NCBI GenBank assembly: GCA_013265495.1
Contig: MU057947.1
Coordinates: 1,002,048 to 1,066,047, forward strand
DNA from: Vicugna vicugna
Lineage: Eukaryota
Length of the DNA stretch: 64,000 bases
Direction of reading: 5' to 3'
The notes under the pieces were generated by a model. That model was given only the letters and a program-made list of their open reading frames with translations. It ran no database searches and was not told the origin of the DNA. A program made the position numbers and the translations under genes. Shown in pieces: positions 1 through 12,700 of this stretch (positions are counted from its first letter, which is position 1; every line of letters starts with the position of its first letter).

Positions 1-1760
1 TGTCACCACCCTGTGGGGACACTGGGGAAAGTGCCATGTGGGAAGCAAATGCCTTGCCTGGAACTCCTGTGTAAACATTTTGGGGATTTTTCATTGCCTT
101 TCTAAGAACTGTGATTGCTTAAAATTCAAGGAGACTTTGGAGCTGTAAAATCTGTTTTACGAAGGATCTCAATCCACTTTCGAAGAGATTTTATCTTACA
201 GGACTTGTAGAATTTGGCCTGTAGGAAGACTTAAAGCTAGGGTTTTAATTGTAGTAAGTATTAACATAGAGGATTAAAAAGCAGTTTATTTTGAAGTACA
301 GCAGCGTATCAGCCGTTCACAGTTGGGGCTTTGAGTTTGTAGGGCCAATCGTACTCTTGTAGTTTCCTTGCCATTTAACACCTTGAGATTTTCTGAAAGC
401 ATTTAGTAATAAACACATTGACCTGATTTTGATAATAAAGTGATCCTCGTAAATAGTTTGCATGTATGTCTAGCTAACCTCTTGGTGCCACATTCTCTCA
501 AATGGTTTGCGCACTTCACTGTCCTTTTGATAAGAAAGGGACGCCTGGCCCTGGGACACTCGGCACCCTCGTCGGGTCCCACTGCTCAGCAGGGCCTGGT
601 GGCGCACGGGGCTTGTGCGGCCTCGGAAGGCTGCTGCACTTTTTCTGATTTCTTTTTACAAATATGCTTGTATTTGCTTTCAGTTCATTTTCCTCTGTGT
701 TGAATACACTCTTGCGTTGTCTATGTCCCTGTCTTCATCAGACTTTCTCTCTCTCTTCAGAGTATGCTGCCTTTATATCGCCTGTGATTTCAGAGATCAG
801 AAGATAACTGGCTAGAATTATATAGAAAGTAAAATTCAATGTATTTTGAGTAATAATTGAAAGGGCTCCAGGAAAGCAGAGTCAGGAGCCCGCACTCCTG
901 GGCTTGCCAGCGTCTGTGTGGGTGGGCAGAGGGACCTCTCGGTTCCCTGGATGCAGGTAGCTGGGTCAGCAGGTGAGTGAGCGGGAGCTTTCTGAGAATT
1001 AGCAGGTCGCACCCTGTGACGGCTTTGTGCGTGAGCTGTGTGTTCCATTTGTGACGCCTTTGTTCTCTGAGGAGCTGTTGATTCATCAGTGGTCCAGAGC
1101 AGGTGGGAGGAGGTGCTGTGACCACCCTCGGGCCCAGAGGCCGTTCAGCAGCCTGTGGTCCTGATGTGGACTCCTCCTGAGAGTCGCTCCTGGACTGTAG
1201 GCTGTATACAGACAGTTAGCATTCCTGACAGCGAGTTGGATCGTGAGGTTTGAAAGATGGTCCAAAATACCAAACATCAAGTTAGGATGAGCGCATTTGG
1301 TTTTAGCAGCTGGTATTGGCTGGTGTTCCAAGATTTAGTGCTTCCCCTCCAGGTAGGACCTTTTGGGCATTAAGAGCATAGAGCTCTGCACGGTCTCGTG
1401 GTGGAAAAGGGAACACACATGGCTAGTTCTGAAAACTCTGGGCGGGCTCAGTGTGTAGGTCCCTTGCTGAACAGTTCCTTATTGAGTTGGTTGTTATTAC
1501 TTTCTGAGTTCTGTGAGTTGATGGGCTTGAACTGCAACTTGAAGACACATTCGTTGCCTTAAAAAGCCATATTGTGTTTTAGGGTGGCTTGGGGAGCCAG
1601 TGAGATAAGGGAAGACGTCAGTGCATTTGCTTGTTTAATACACTCAAAGCTGTGAACTCTCATCCCGTTGTCCCTCAAAGCTGCGTGTTACCCGTGAAGC
1701 GGAGCGAAGTGATGTTTAATAATTGAGCTGAGCCATTTTATGTCAATTTTCTCTCTTTAG

Positions 1761-1818
1761 GCTCAAAGTACTGACAAATAAAGCTTCTGTGATGCTCTTT
1801 ATGAAAGGAAACAAACAG
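1761..1818 (+). CDS. GLRX3: GLRX3 internal coding exon (58 nt): (R)LKVLTNKASVMLFMKGNKQ, start of the C-terminal glutaredoxin domain
   Basis: Acceptor ttttctctctttag and donor CAG|gtaaag. The translation matches mammalian glutaredoxin-3 as I recall it, and the phase fits the next exon. Upstream exons lie outside the window. Confidence 0.96.
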
Positions 1819-3547
1819 GTAAAGAACTCAAAAATGGTTTTATTTGTAATTTCTTTTGATGTTAACATCTGCAACGAGGGGACACTTAAATCTTTTTTTC
1901 CAGCTTCAGCTAATGAAGCTGTAGTGGTATCAGGAAGTTATACAGGCCTTAATTGGTGCTTATAGAGATCAAACAAAGTAATCTACATTTTGTTTGACTT
2001 TATCATCAACATCTCAGTGGGGTGCATTTCTTTCTGCTGCCAAACTGTCAGCTAACGTGGTCAGCACTGTTAACACCGGACTGGCTCTGTGAGCTTTGGT
2101 CCCTTAGCTCCCTTAGTGTGTGACACAGTCACCCCCTGGAGTGCATTTGTGTTCTGTACTTCCCGAGTTCTGGGAACCTCCTAGTTCTAGGTTTGCAGCT
2201 CTGGACTATCCTTTAGAAGAGTCAATGATGGAGAAAGAAACCAGGGCTGCATCTTGGGGGCTCAGAACCTGTTTGATTGAATGAGTGAGAAACAGTTTGG
2301 CAGTTTTTATTTGTAAAGGGATGGCTCTTGAAGCTTTGATGAACATCATGTTGATTGTGCATCATTCTGAACATCAAGTTTGATAGATCACCCCACTAAT
2401 AGTTCGAACAAAATTATCCTTTGTATTTGGATTAGAATGGTGGTCTCCAAAAACCAGCCTGTTACCTTACTTTTTTCTCAACCAGTTGTTAAGGTGGGCA
2501 AGGATGGACAGAGTCTGGCTTGTTCCAGAGATGAGGACAGAAGGCTCTGAAGGCAAGGCTGATGCAGTAAAGAAACTGCAGGGATGTTCTGTCTGCCTCA
2601 CATGGTGACGGGGCTGTCGGGTGGGCCACTCAGCTTCCCATTCCCCTTTTGTGACCAGACAGCGTGATCCCTCACAGGATCACTTGAGAATAAGCTTGCC
2701 ATAAGTGGTGTGAAAGTTACTGTAACGTAACTGATTAGTTAATACAGCTGTTACCACGGAAGTAATAATAACTAGGAAGATGGTAATGTGAGTTTCAGCA
2801 CGTGGGGATCTCTAGATTAGGGCCTAGATTCTTTGACTGGTTCAGTGTATATTAAAACAGAGGAAGTTAATCATTCCCAGTCATCTGTTTTTTTCCTTCT
2901 TGGTGATTACTTAAAGCAAATTTTTATTCTCAAAGATTTTTTTTTTTTGGAAGTCCAGGAAGTATTGATACATTTGGGGAACATAATTACTGGCACTGTT
3001 AAGATGTTTTTATGGTGCGAAGTCTTTGCTACAGGATTGCTGGGATTTGGAATCCTGTGGCATGAAAAAAACTAAGATTTCCCCCACCTCAAGAAAGTTT
3101 GGCATTTGTAACGTAAAGATGAATTTAAAAAGTGGGAATGGAAGTCCCACTGGGAATAGGAAAACGATGATCCCAGCTGTCGTAGAAAGGTGGTGCTGTG
3201 ATCGTCTGTGTGAGAGAAGAGGAGGGGGGCTGAGGTCCCAGCAGAGCATCAGGGTTTGACTCCGGAACTCTTGACCACGAAGACTGTAATGTTGGACGGA
3301 CACATGGCCTCTCCATGGTTTCAAACTGAAGTAAGACTGTACGTCTGGGACGATGTCTGGACGGCCCAGGTCTCCTCGTCTGACTGCTCTTGTTGTGAAG
3401 GGGCCCTGGGAGGCTGGCTGGTCGTGGTGGTGGCTGCCTTCCGCAGGTGCTGTCCCCATTGACAAAGCGCTAGATACGAGCATGCTAGTGGGCTTTGTGT
3501 GTGGAGGATGCAGTACGTCTTAAAAATGTATTTTTTTCTAAATTTAG

Positions 3548-3600
3548 GAAGCTAAGTGTGGCTTCAGCAAACAAATTCTGGAAATACTAAATAGTACTGG
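3548..3600 (+). CDS. GLRX3: GLRX3 coding exon (53 nt): EAKCGFSKQILEILNSTG, containing the monothiol CGFS active-site motif
   Basis: Acceptor ttttttctaaatttag, donor GG|gtaagt. CGFS is the [2Fe-2S]-ligating motif of class II glutaredoxins. Confidence 0.97.
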
Positions 3601-5619
3601 GTAAGTAAATCTTATTTTCCAAAGGCATATTTAAGAAACTCCAACTTACCATTTATGCCACTGATGCTTTTCAGTTTAAATGTATATCTGTTCATGTATT
3701 TTTACCTTTTTATTTTTGCTATGATGTTCTGTGAATGCTTTAACTTAGACCATGATAGAATTTTCTGGCCAATGTCAACCTATCAGTAACATGAAGGAGG
3801 TGTTTTGGCAACCATTGAGATGACTGTCTGCCTGCTTCCTCAGAGGGGAGTTCATAATGGAGTTCTTACCATGCATAAAGGTATTTTAGGGGAAGTGTCT
3901 TACAGGCTTCTGATTTTCTTGAGACAAATATTCTAGTTTCTAAATAGCTCATGAAACGGCCAGGACGCACATCGAGGTCCCCTGTCTGCGTCTGAGCAGC
4001 AGGGAGGTCACCGCAGTGCTTCTGCTTCAGGTCTCCGCGGGCTCTGGCGCTGCCACGTCAGAACAGACCAGTGAGTTTTGTGGTTAAAGACAAAGCCACT
4101 TATTTGGAGATACTTAGCACATGTTCTGTGGAGTTGTCAAATGTTTTTTGCTAATTTTTCTTCCTTATTATTTCACAACTGCTTCTTTTTAATATTATAA
4201 AGATGCTAACTGTAGCTTTAAATAAATTAGCCAACCCTATGAAGTTACAGGGAACGTAATCTTCAAAATGTTCAGGCGTTCTTGAGCAGGGCTGAGTTGC
4301 ACAGGTTCAGATACAACTTTAGGAACAAGAGAAGAGACACAGTTACCTTCAGATGACCGAGACGATTCAGAGAGCCAGTCGGTCTTGTCCTGTGGCCCGG
4401 TGGGGAGGAGGGGCTGGCTGGCTTTTGCTCATCATTTTCTCTGGCCCCTTTTCTCTGTTTCCTCTGCCACAGCTCCCAGTGGGTCACCCTCAGTCCCCCT
4501 CTCCCTAGCCCCAGCGTGTCCCCACGGGTACTGAGGCCAGGATGGGACAATGCTGGGCCTGTCACAACTCAAGTATTTGATGGAAAGTCTCCATAACTTT
4601 GCTCCCCCCCCCCCGTCTAATCCCGATTGGATGGGAGGTACCATTTGCCCCAGAGCAGAGGGCCTTCTTGGGGACAGAATGCCCCCCTGGCTCCAGACTT
4701 GCTAAACACCTCCCAGGGTCCTTTAACTTGAAGGGACCACGGTCTTGCTGGAGCCACTGGAATCTGGGGGGAGCTCCTGGCGCTTTGTTCCTTTCCTCCT
4801 TTCCCCGCACCTGTTCCTTCCTGCCCTTGAGGGGCGGAGTACCACGGGTTGAGGTGTGCAAGACACACTTCCCAGCCAGCTTTAGGAGATGTCTTGGCTG
4901 CTGTGATCACACATCTGTGTACTCTTGGGCCCAGGACTTCTCGGAGCCCATTTTATAGGGCGCTCTTACGTGTGGATTAGGAGATCTGCCTCTTCAGCTC
5001 AATCTGAAGGGAGACCTACATTGTGTGGGTTTTAATCTTTTTGCTCTTCTTTCACACATTCCTTTTCTGGTACTTGCTGCCGATTTATCCTGACAAGTTA
5101 TGTTTTTGACTGTTTCCTGCCCCATGGGCAATTTTCTTGGGAGCTTATTTACTAAGCAAACAAGATTTCCCTATGAAGATGATTTTGGTTTTATGGAATT
5201 CGAGATTTGGTTTTTTTGTATGTGATATTTTCTTTGGCCAGTTTTTGGAACTACACATATACCCAGGGTCTCCCTGCAGGGCTTCAGTCATACATTCATA
5301 CTAACTCCTTCATCACCTCTTAATTTCATTCGTTTATACAAGCAGTGTTCATTACACAGCTTCCAGCCACAGCGCTTTCCTGGTTTTATGCGTACTGTCA
5401 ATAGCATGTGCGTCTGAAGGAAGCCTGTTTCTTTCTGGACAGTGCATCTCCCTGGGGTGGAGGTGGCTGGCAGTGTGGCTGCCCCGGCCGGTGAGCCCCC
5501 TGCCAGCCAGTGCTTCCCAGCTTCCACCCAGGGGCGCCCGCAGGCTGCTCCGTCCTGCTCCCTCGGCAGCTTCCGAGAGGTTCGAAAGCAGCAGTCCCGA
5601 GGGGGCTGGGGATGGAGCG

Positions 5620-5807
5620 AGGGTGTTAACTGGTGAGTATGAGTGAAACTGCACTCAGTGAATAAAGTTTTATTGGAACCGGCCATTCAGTCCGCCTTGT
5701 CTGGCTGCTTCACGCCTCACAGCAGAGGTGAGCAGTTGGAGCAGAGACTGGCTGGCGGAGCTGAAATGTTTACCACCTCACCCTTCAGAAAAGGTTCGCC
5801 GACCCTT
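5620..5807 (+). mobile_element. MER58A-like hAT-Charlie DNA transposon relic in a GLRX3 intron
   Basis: aataaagttttattggaac...ggctgcttcacgc...agcagagactgg...tgaaatgtttacc...cccttcagaaaaggttcgccgaccc follows the MER58A consensus as recalled, including the terminal repeat. Confidence 0.8.
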
Positions 5808-6022
5808 TTGTTGTCTAGAGAAGAATCCTGATAAGTCTGTGTCTTGGGGTGCTGTGCAGCACCCAACAGACTCAAAAGTAAAAGCGTTTCCATTTTCCAC
5901 TGCAAATTTTGTTAGCAGCGAAATAGTTTTACTTTTCTTGACTGTTTTTGAAACACCAATTAGGTTTTATCATTTTTGTTTAAAACTGTATTTCTCATTA
6001 AAACATATTCTCCTGTTTGCAG

Positions 6023-6062
6023 TGTTGACTATGAGACATTTGATATATTGGAGGATGAAGAG
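6023..6062 (+). CDS. GLRX3: GLRX3 coding exon (40 nt): (G)VDYETFDILEDEE
   Basis: Acceptor tctcctgtttgcag, donor GAG|gtaagt. The first base completes the split Gly codon GG|T. Confidence 0.96.
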
Positions 6063-6151
6063 GTAAGTTCTGCGTTTTGTGTTCCATCCTGTGCCTTAGC
6101 TTTAATCCTTAGGGTCTGATAGGAGGCTTCAGGGTTCTGTTGTTTCTGTAG

Positions 6152-6244
6152 GTTCGGCAAGGATTGAAAACGTACTCCAACTGGCCCACGTACCCTCAGC
6201 TGTACGTGAAGGGAGAGCTTGTTGGAGGACTGGACATCGTTAAG
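6152..6244 (+). CDS. GLRX3: GLRX3 coding exon (93 nt): [31 protein letters not shown]
   Basis: Follows an 89-nt intron. Acceptor tgtttctgtag, donor AAG|gtaagg. Carries the WPTYPQL and GGLD glutathione-binding motifs of monothiol glutaredoxins. Confidence 0.97.
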
Positions 6245-7364
6245 GTAAGGAAGGCCGAGCTCCTCTTCTGTCCAGAGGCACTGAAACTTGGGCCTGTTGG
6301 AAACTGTCGTTTCATTGGGGTTGTCCTTGATGCCTTTGTTTTTTGGCCTCACATCTGATCCCTTCCAGACCAGCATCACCATCTCCATGACTACTACATC
6401 TCGTTACTCTCACTGTCGCTGCTGGGACGGGCTGTTCTTACCTCTCACCTGAGTGGGCCAAGTCATCTCCCTTCCTGTGCAGCCTTTCCTGCTGCTCTGG
6501 GTCCCCTGAGAGCCTCCTCCAGCTCTCGAGGGGCTGAGGTCCCAAGTGTAACTTGGGGTTCAGAGAAGCTTTGGGTGTGGCCAAGCTCCAAATGTGATTT
6601 TACTTACCCTGTACTCAGTTCTTCCATGTTTCAGCTCTTCCTCACACCACCTCAGCTTTGAGCTTCCTTGCATCGTCCATAGTTAAATATGCTTTCTGTT
6701 CCCTCAAGGCCCCTCTTAATCACGTACAGATTTTTTTCCAGCCAGAAATGTTTGTTGTGGCCCTGCTCTTGAAGTTCTGTTCTTTTATATTTACACTATC
6801 AAATCATTTTCTGGTGTCGGCTTACTTTGCCTTGCTCCTGTGCGCTCACTGGCAGGGTGAAGAGCAGCAGGCTGGGGCCGGGGCCCGAGACCCAGGGCCG
6901 GCCCAGGCCTGCCGGCTGCGCCCCTGAGGCCTGAGGTCATTGGCCTCAGTTTCCTAGAAGACACGTGCAGGACTGCACGAGGTCCTCTCCAAGTCCCTCT
7001 TTGGTTCTCAGATACTAGAAAACTGGAGAGCTGTCAGATTGTAGGCATGTTTCAGGAGGACACCGTGTCTTCTATGTCTTTGATGATTAATTTCCTTATT
7101 TGGTTCGCTTTAAGTAAATTCTAGTTGAAGTTTAAATGGACATGACTTTTCCTACAGGATTGAAAGTCCAGAGCTGTGGGCCACCCCTTACCCCCCAGCC
7201 TGGTGTGCTCCGTGCCAGCCTGGCTAGCTGGGGGACAGCAGGGGGCTGCTGGGCTCCGACAGCCCCAGACCCTGCACCCGAACCCAGGCCGTGCCCCCCC
7301 TCCCCCGCCCCCGGCTGCATCGCGTGGGGGAGGGCGGCGGGAGGCCTGGCGGGCCGGGGGGGGG

Positions 7365-7457
7365 NNNNNNNNNNNNNNNNNNNNNNNNNNNNNNNNNNNN
7401 NNNNNNNNNNNNNNNNNNNNNNNNNNNNNNNNNNNNNNNNNNNNNNNNNNNNNNNNN
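7365..7457. other. Assembly gap (93 N)
   Basis: Run of N flanked by G-rich, GC-rich sequence. Confidence 0.99.
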
Positions 7458-9433
7458 AGGGTCTGGGCGGGGAGCCGGCTGCGCGCTGCCCCAGGGCCCA
7501 GACCCTTCCCCTCTGCCCTCGCGGTTAGCGAGTTTTTTCTGAGGTCAGACCTCCGACTTTAAGTGGAAAACAAGTAGTACCGCCTCTGGTTACCTCGTAA
7601 AGTGCCGGTTTCTAAGGTGCGCTTCCCGCGGTGAGAGGAGAGCGCGGGGCCCTGCAGGTGTGTGGTGGTGGGGGGGGCTGACCTGGCGTGTCATGTGACC
7701 CCGCGGCCCCGCCCACGCCGGACGCCAGCTGGCACTCCTGGGGTCCTGGGTGTCCTTGCTGGGGGAAGAAAAAGCTTTCACACAGTAGCTTTTGACTAGC
7801 CCTGAAGCAACAAAAGTAGATCTGCATTTGTTATTTTATATGTATTTTTATTTTTGTAAGACAGTCTTCAAACCCCAAATACTCTTGAGCCCGCTCTTGT
7901 CTGGATATTTTACAGCCGGTACCTTAGCCATTTGGTGACTCTTGGGAAGATACAATCAATAAATCTCATGTAATTCTAGAGCTGAGCTGCGGGGGCAACT
8001 TCCTTTTAGGTATATAACAGGGTGTTATATGACTTTCTGTGTTCACCTGCCAAGAACTCATGCATTTGGAAATTTGTGATATTGTTAACATTTTTCTTTG
8101 AGCAGGTGACTGGGAATAGCTGTTGCAGTGCTGGTTTGGTCTGTCGCTGGCAGAGTGCCTTCTTCATCTCTGGGTCTCTCGGACCCTCAGCTGTGTGACC
8201 GGCGGGGTGACTCTGGCTGGCCTCCGCAGGAGCGCTTTTTTGGTTGAATGGGTGATTGAATAAATGAATTACTCTGTAACTCAACGACTCGGTTGGTCTA
8301 ATGTCTTGAGAAAAATGTCTCCTAACTGATTCGTACACAGTGAATTAATGTTACCTCTAGAGAGTGAGCAGCGCTTCACCACCACAGAATGTTTGGACTC
8401 AAAAACAGTTTAGAGACAGTCAGTATTTAGAGCTGGATGCCGTCTAACCTGCTGGCTCTTGGTAACTGCGTGTGAAGGACCTGCACTGTGCCAGGCAGTC
8501 CGCTCCAGCTGTGCGGTGTTCCCTGCGTGTCACCTCCCGGCGGGAGAGCGCAGACTGAGAAGTCACCCTATGACGGCCAGCCAGTCGCTGGGTCCACGTC
8601 CCCGGGGCCAGCCATCTCCTACGCCGTGTGGCCTGCAGCCCCCGAGTCCTGCACTCAGAAGGGCCCTGCTTGGCCTTTTGGTGCAGCTGGGATCTGCTTG
8701 TTAAATGAGTAGAGGACCCCAGCCCTCCTGTCTGGGTTTGTGTGACAAAACCACGCCTATTTGGGCTTAATCCTGGGGGCAGCGCGAGAGGGTTTTAGTG
8801 GTTTGTTGATTGATGTTCATGCAGCTTTGTAACAGCCTGAAACGTTCTATCAAATTAAATGTTTATTTTAAACTAGAAAATCTTATCTTCATTGTCACAT
8901 TTTACACTTGATGGCTGCATTCCAAACTTTACATCTGGAGGATAGGCAGAGACATTTCTGAGTTACTCTGTCTTTTAAATGGTTCTGCCTTTGCCTTTAC
9001 ACTCCCGTGCCAGTGCCGTGGCTTTTCCAGGTCGGGGTGAGGGAGGGGCGCCTGTTCACTGCGCGGAGGGCGGCAGGTGTCACATGTGCTGTGCCCAAGT
9101 GGACCTTGCTGTCGCGTTGCTTCTCTTTTCACTGAGACTCTTCCCTGTTCATGGCTGTTGTTTACCGAGGAGGCTTCATGGTCTTGCTCCAATTGCTGTG
9201 TACGCTAAAGCTAGAAAAAAGCGTTGGTTTTAGAATACCTTAGTTTTAATTTTGTAACGGGACCGTGTGCTCAGTTTTTGGCCTGATCCTTACTTTGAGT
9301 GTTGGTGGACTGGAGTTTTAATTCAACAAGATGTTTCTTTGGGTTCTCTGATACAGATGCAGCCGCTCATTGTTTTGATGTTTTCATCTCTTACACACAT
9401 GCATGATGTTATTGTTTCCTTCCTTACTTTTAG

Positions 9434-9484
9434 GAACTGAAAGAAAATGGCGAGTTGCTGTCTGTACTGAAAGGAGAAAATTAA
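9434..9484 (+). CDS. GLRX3: GLRX3 terminal coding exon: ELKENGELLSVLKGEN-stop (TAA 9482-9484)
   Basis: Acceptor tttccttccttacttttag. In frame with the previous exon and matches the GLRX3 C-terminus. Confidence 0.95.
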   Translation, partial: ELKENGELLSVLKGEN

Positions 9485-9700
9485 TAAACGTTAGCCTTGG
9501 TGCCCGATGATTGCCGGGAAGACCTCACCACCGGGGAGCAGTTCATGACGTGGTCCTCAGACATGGACGAGGAGCAGAAAGCACTCAGTTGTGCTTTGTG
9601 TATTTCACAAGGTTGTGCTAAATAAACGTGTATGACTTTTTTTCCACCAAAAATAGAACACAATAAACATCTTCAATTAAAAATGTATAAAAAATGTGTC
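9485..9700 (+). terminator. GLRX3: GLRX3 3' UTR and polyadenylation signals (AATAAA 9483-9488, 9621-9626, 9662-9667; ATTAAA 9676-9681)
   Basis: Hexamers read directly from the sequence, with a TGTGTCTTT GU-rich element near 9695. The exact cleavage site is inferred. Confidence 0.8.
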
Positions 9701-12700
9701 TTTACAGTGATGCTAGGCATATAGTTACTGTAATTAACCTACTTTTAATCTTTTTCATCGTATGTGGGCATTTTGAAGCAGTTGAGAAGTAGTCTTCAGA
9801 GAGTGGAGAAGGGTGACCGATCACAGCAGCATTTAGAACAGCTCACAGAGCAAGCCAACGGCTCCCCTCACTGGCCGAAGATCTCCTTACACTCGGGGAA
9901 ACCCAGCCGCAGACTTTTCTCTGAGAGCGTCCCTGAGCGCGCGCTGGCAGGATCCAGCGGCGGTGCTGAGCGCCCACGGATTCGGGGACCCATCTCCCAA
10001 GGCCCCAGGAGGCTAGTCCCGGGACACGGTTGTCAGTGGGGGTGTCACGGCAGGGCTGCTTGATTGGTAGGAGGATGGGGAGCCTGCAGACGAGTGTGTC
10101 AGGGTGTGTTAAGCACCACAGCTTACTTTAATTTTTGTATTAAAAGTATGGATTTAGCTCTTCAATGTTGAGAACACCCAGAATTGCATGAAAACTTAAA
10201 CAACATTTTTGATCCTGAATCTCACATGTTTAAAAGATGGCTGCTCTGTAGGCCTCTGTCGTGCAGACCTTAAGCGGGATGGCTGAGTTCACCGCCACGG
10301 TTCTTTGACTTTTGCGTTGCCTGCTACAAGGTCATCTTCATTAAATCTTCCCCGCCTGTTGATCTGGGCAGTTAAAGCTCCGAAAGTTGTCTGGTGGTAG
10401 TAAGGAAAGGGGTGGGGGAGTCAGCAATGTCGGTGAGAGAAACGAGGAAATGCGGGCCTTCTGATGAGAGTCAGGCCTCCCCAGGTGGTGTTTCCTCTCT
10501 GCAGCCACAGGCCGAGTCCGTGCTCTGACGGTGTGGGGAGGGAGGGCTGATGCATCGCTGTTACCAAGGGCGTCCTGCACGAGCTCGTGAAGGTGGACGT
10601 GGCCTGGCCGCCTGCTCGGAGCGGTGTTTTCTTGCCACTGTGTGTAATTAGATGGGGCTCTTTTGGGCGTTAGTCCATGAACTGTTATTTTTCCATTTAA
10701 AATACTGAAAATAATTGTATAAACAAAACCTTTAAAAGCGCTATGCAGATGGGAATGGAATTTTGAAATTTTTTTAAGCCATAGCTTTCAGGGATGTGTA
10801 TGAATCACGGCGGGGGGGTTGGTCCATAATTTTGTTGAATGCTTTATCCCAGACCTTCATCATCTGTGTGCTGCTTTCCTGAGTTTTGTTCTCCACAAGT
10901 GCTGCCTAAGTCACATTGAACCTCACCATATCCCAGGCAGCAGCACCTTTGCTGCCACGAGTGTCTTTGCTAGGTTTTTCTCCTCTTGCATGTTCAGATA
11001 AACAAAATGCGTAACTTCTCACAAAAATGCCGACTTTCAGTTTGGGAGCCACCGTTCTGGCTGAAAGTGTCACCCTGATAACATAAGGTTCGGCTGTGCC
11101 GTGGGACAGCCCTTGCCCTGGGGGACTCGCGCGTGATGGAGCAGCTTTGGCGTTACGGTTTGAGTTGGGGTGAGTGCTCAGTTTTCGGGGAGCTGTCCCT
11201 GTGTTGGACGTGAGTTTCTCTCAAATTCTGTTCAGTCTTGGCTCTCTTGGCTCCAAGGACATTACAGGTGTTTCCTGCTAGACGCTGGGAAGGCCGACGT
11301 GTTCATGCGAACCCAGCCATTCCTAATTAATTTTATTGGGCATATTTTAGGAGTTAGGTAGGTAATTCTTGGGCCCAACTGAACTTCAAATTCCGTAGGC
11401 AGTTCCTGATCAAGTTTTCTAACAGTCGGGCCTGCCCTTGAAGTAACGTTTTGTCAAAATTGTGATCCTCTCTCCAGTCCACAAACCCTAGAGACAGAGC
11501 GGTTCCCAGCACCTGGGAGACTGAGCAGGGCAGCGTATCACTTGGATGTTGCCCGGGTCTGAGCTTTGCTGGGGGCAGGTGCGGTGGTGGGGGGCTGTCG
11601 AGAGCTGGGATGTTTGGGGGAGCAGGGGTGCATGTGTGGACAGAAGTGCTGAGTTGTGCTGCGGGCCTGAGAAGGGCTGACCTGCTGTTGGGGAGCGGGG
11701 GGCCCTCTGCACCGCCCAGCTCTGCCTGGGCTCGCCTCCAGCTCCTTGTGCTTGAATTTACTTGTGACATGGAGCTTGTCGTGGGCCCTGGGGTTGGGGG
11801 GGTGTGGCAGGTCACCATGCAGGGGGCTGAAGACACGTGGCACTGTCCAGCCTCTCGGGCACAGGCGGCAGCCGGGATGACTCTTAACCCTTGGGACCCG
11901 AGCCTCCCGTTGTGCGGGCTGCCCCAGCTTCCTCGTGAGGGGAGGGGTCTTAGGAAATTGGTGTCCACTTGGGGAAACAGCCTGTGGGGATGGACTCTTT
12001 TAAACTCTGGTTTTGCTTTGTCACCGGAAGTGGGAAGAGAAAATAAAACCAATGAAAGGAGTTAGGGGTTCAGGTGGGGAACTTGCTCAAGGCCACAGCT
12101 GCAGAGTCGGGCTGGGCTTTCCATCCGGGGTTACCTGACTCCCCAAACCTGAGGCCACCCGTCAAGGTGTGTGGAATTAAATTGCCTTTATGTCTGGATG
12201 GAGGGACGTGGGGTGACTGGCCAGGACCCTCGCTCTGGCTCTGGCTGGAGTCTGTCGCTCTCCTGGGCGTTGGGAGGGCAGTTGCCCTCCCCTCTGCCCG
12301 GCCAGTGGCTCTGGCTCAGGACCCGCTACTGCAGCCCCGCGACCGGCGGGAAGGCGGCCGAGTGGGTAGGCGTGCAGAAGCTGCTATAGACTGTGAGTGG
12401 CCCTTGTGAAGGTGGCAGGATGGGGTGGCCTTGCCCCGTGGTGACGGCCGTGTGTGGACGGTGGAGCCCGGCAGCGTGGCCGTGCTGTGGTCGGCTTGTC
12501 AGGAACGTCAGGCCCTGTCCATCTTGACTGATCGTTAACTTGCTCAAGAAGAAGGAAAAAATGGTTTTCCATTTCAATTTTACAAAAAAACCTACTGATG
12601 AGTTTGAAATAAAGACTAATTTTATTTTTAAATAGTAAGCCTATTTTTATAATTAGAAAATCTCATATTAACTTTTTTTTTTCTTTAAACTACATTCTGG

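Noticed and set aside
6164..6358. 64-aa ORF read as a standalone small glutaredoxin-like gene
   Set aside because: It is a GLRX3 exon read through into the following intron.
9574..9715. Canonical iron-responsive element in the GLRX3 3' region
   Set aside because: The hairpin loop is TCAGTT with no bulged C. The CAGTGA at 9705-9710 has no flanking stem and lies beyond the poly(A) signals.
11354..12052. 232-aa ORF on the - strand
   Set aside because: Pro/Ser/Ala-rich with no recognisable domain and overlapped by other long ORFs; expected by chance in GC-rich DNA.
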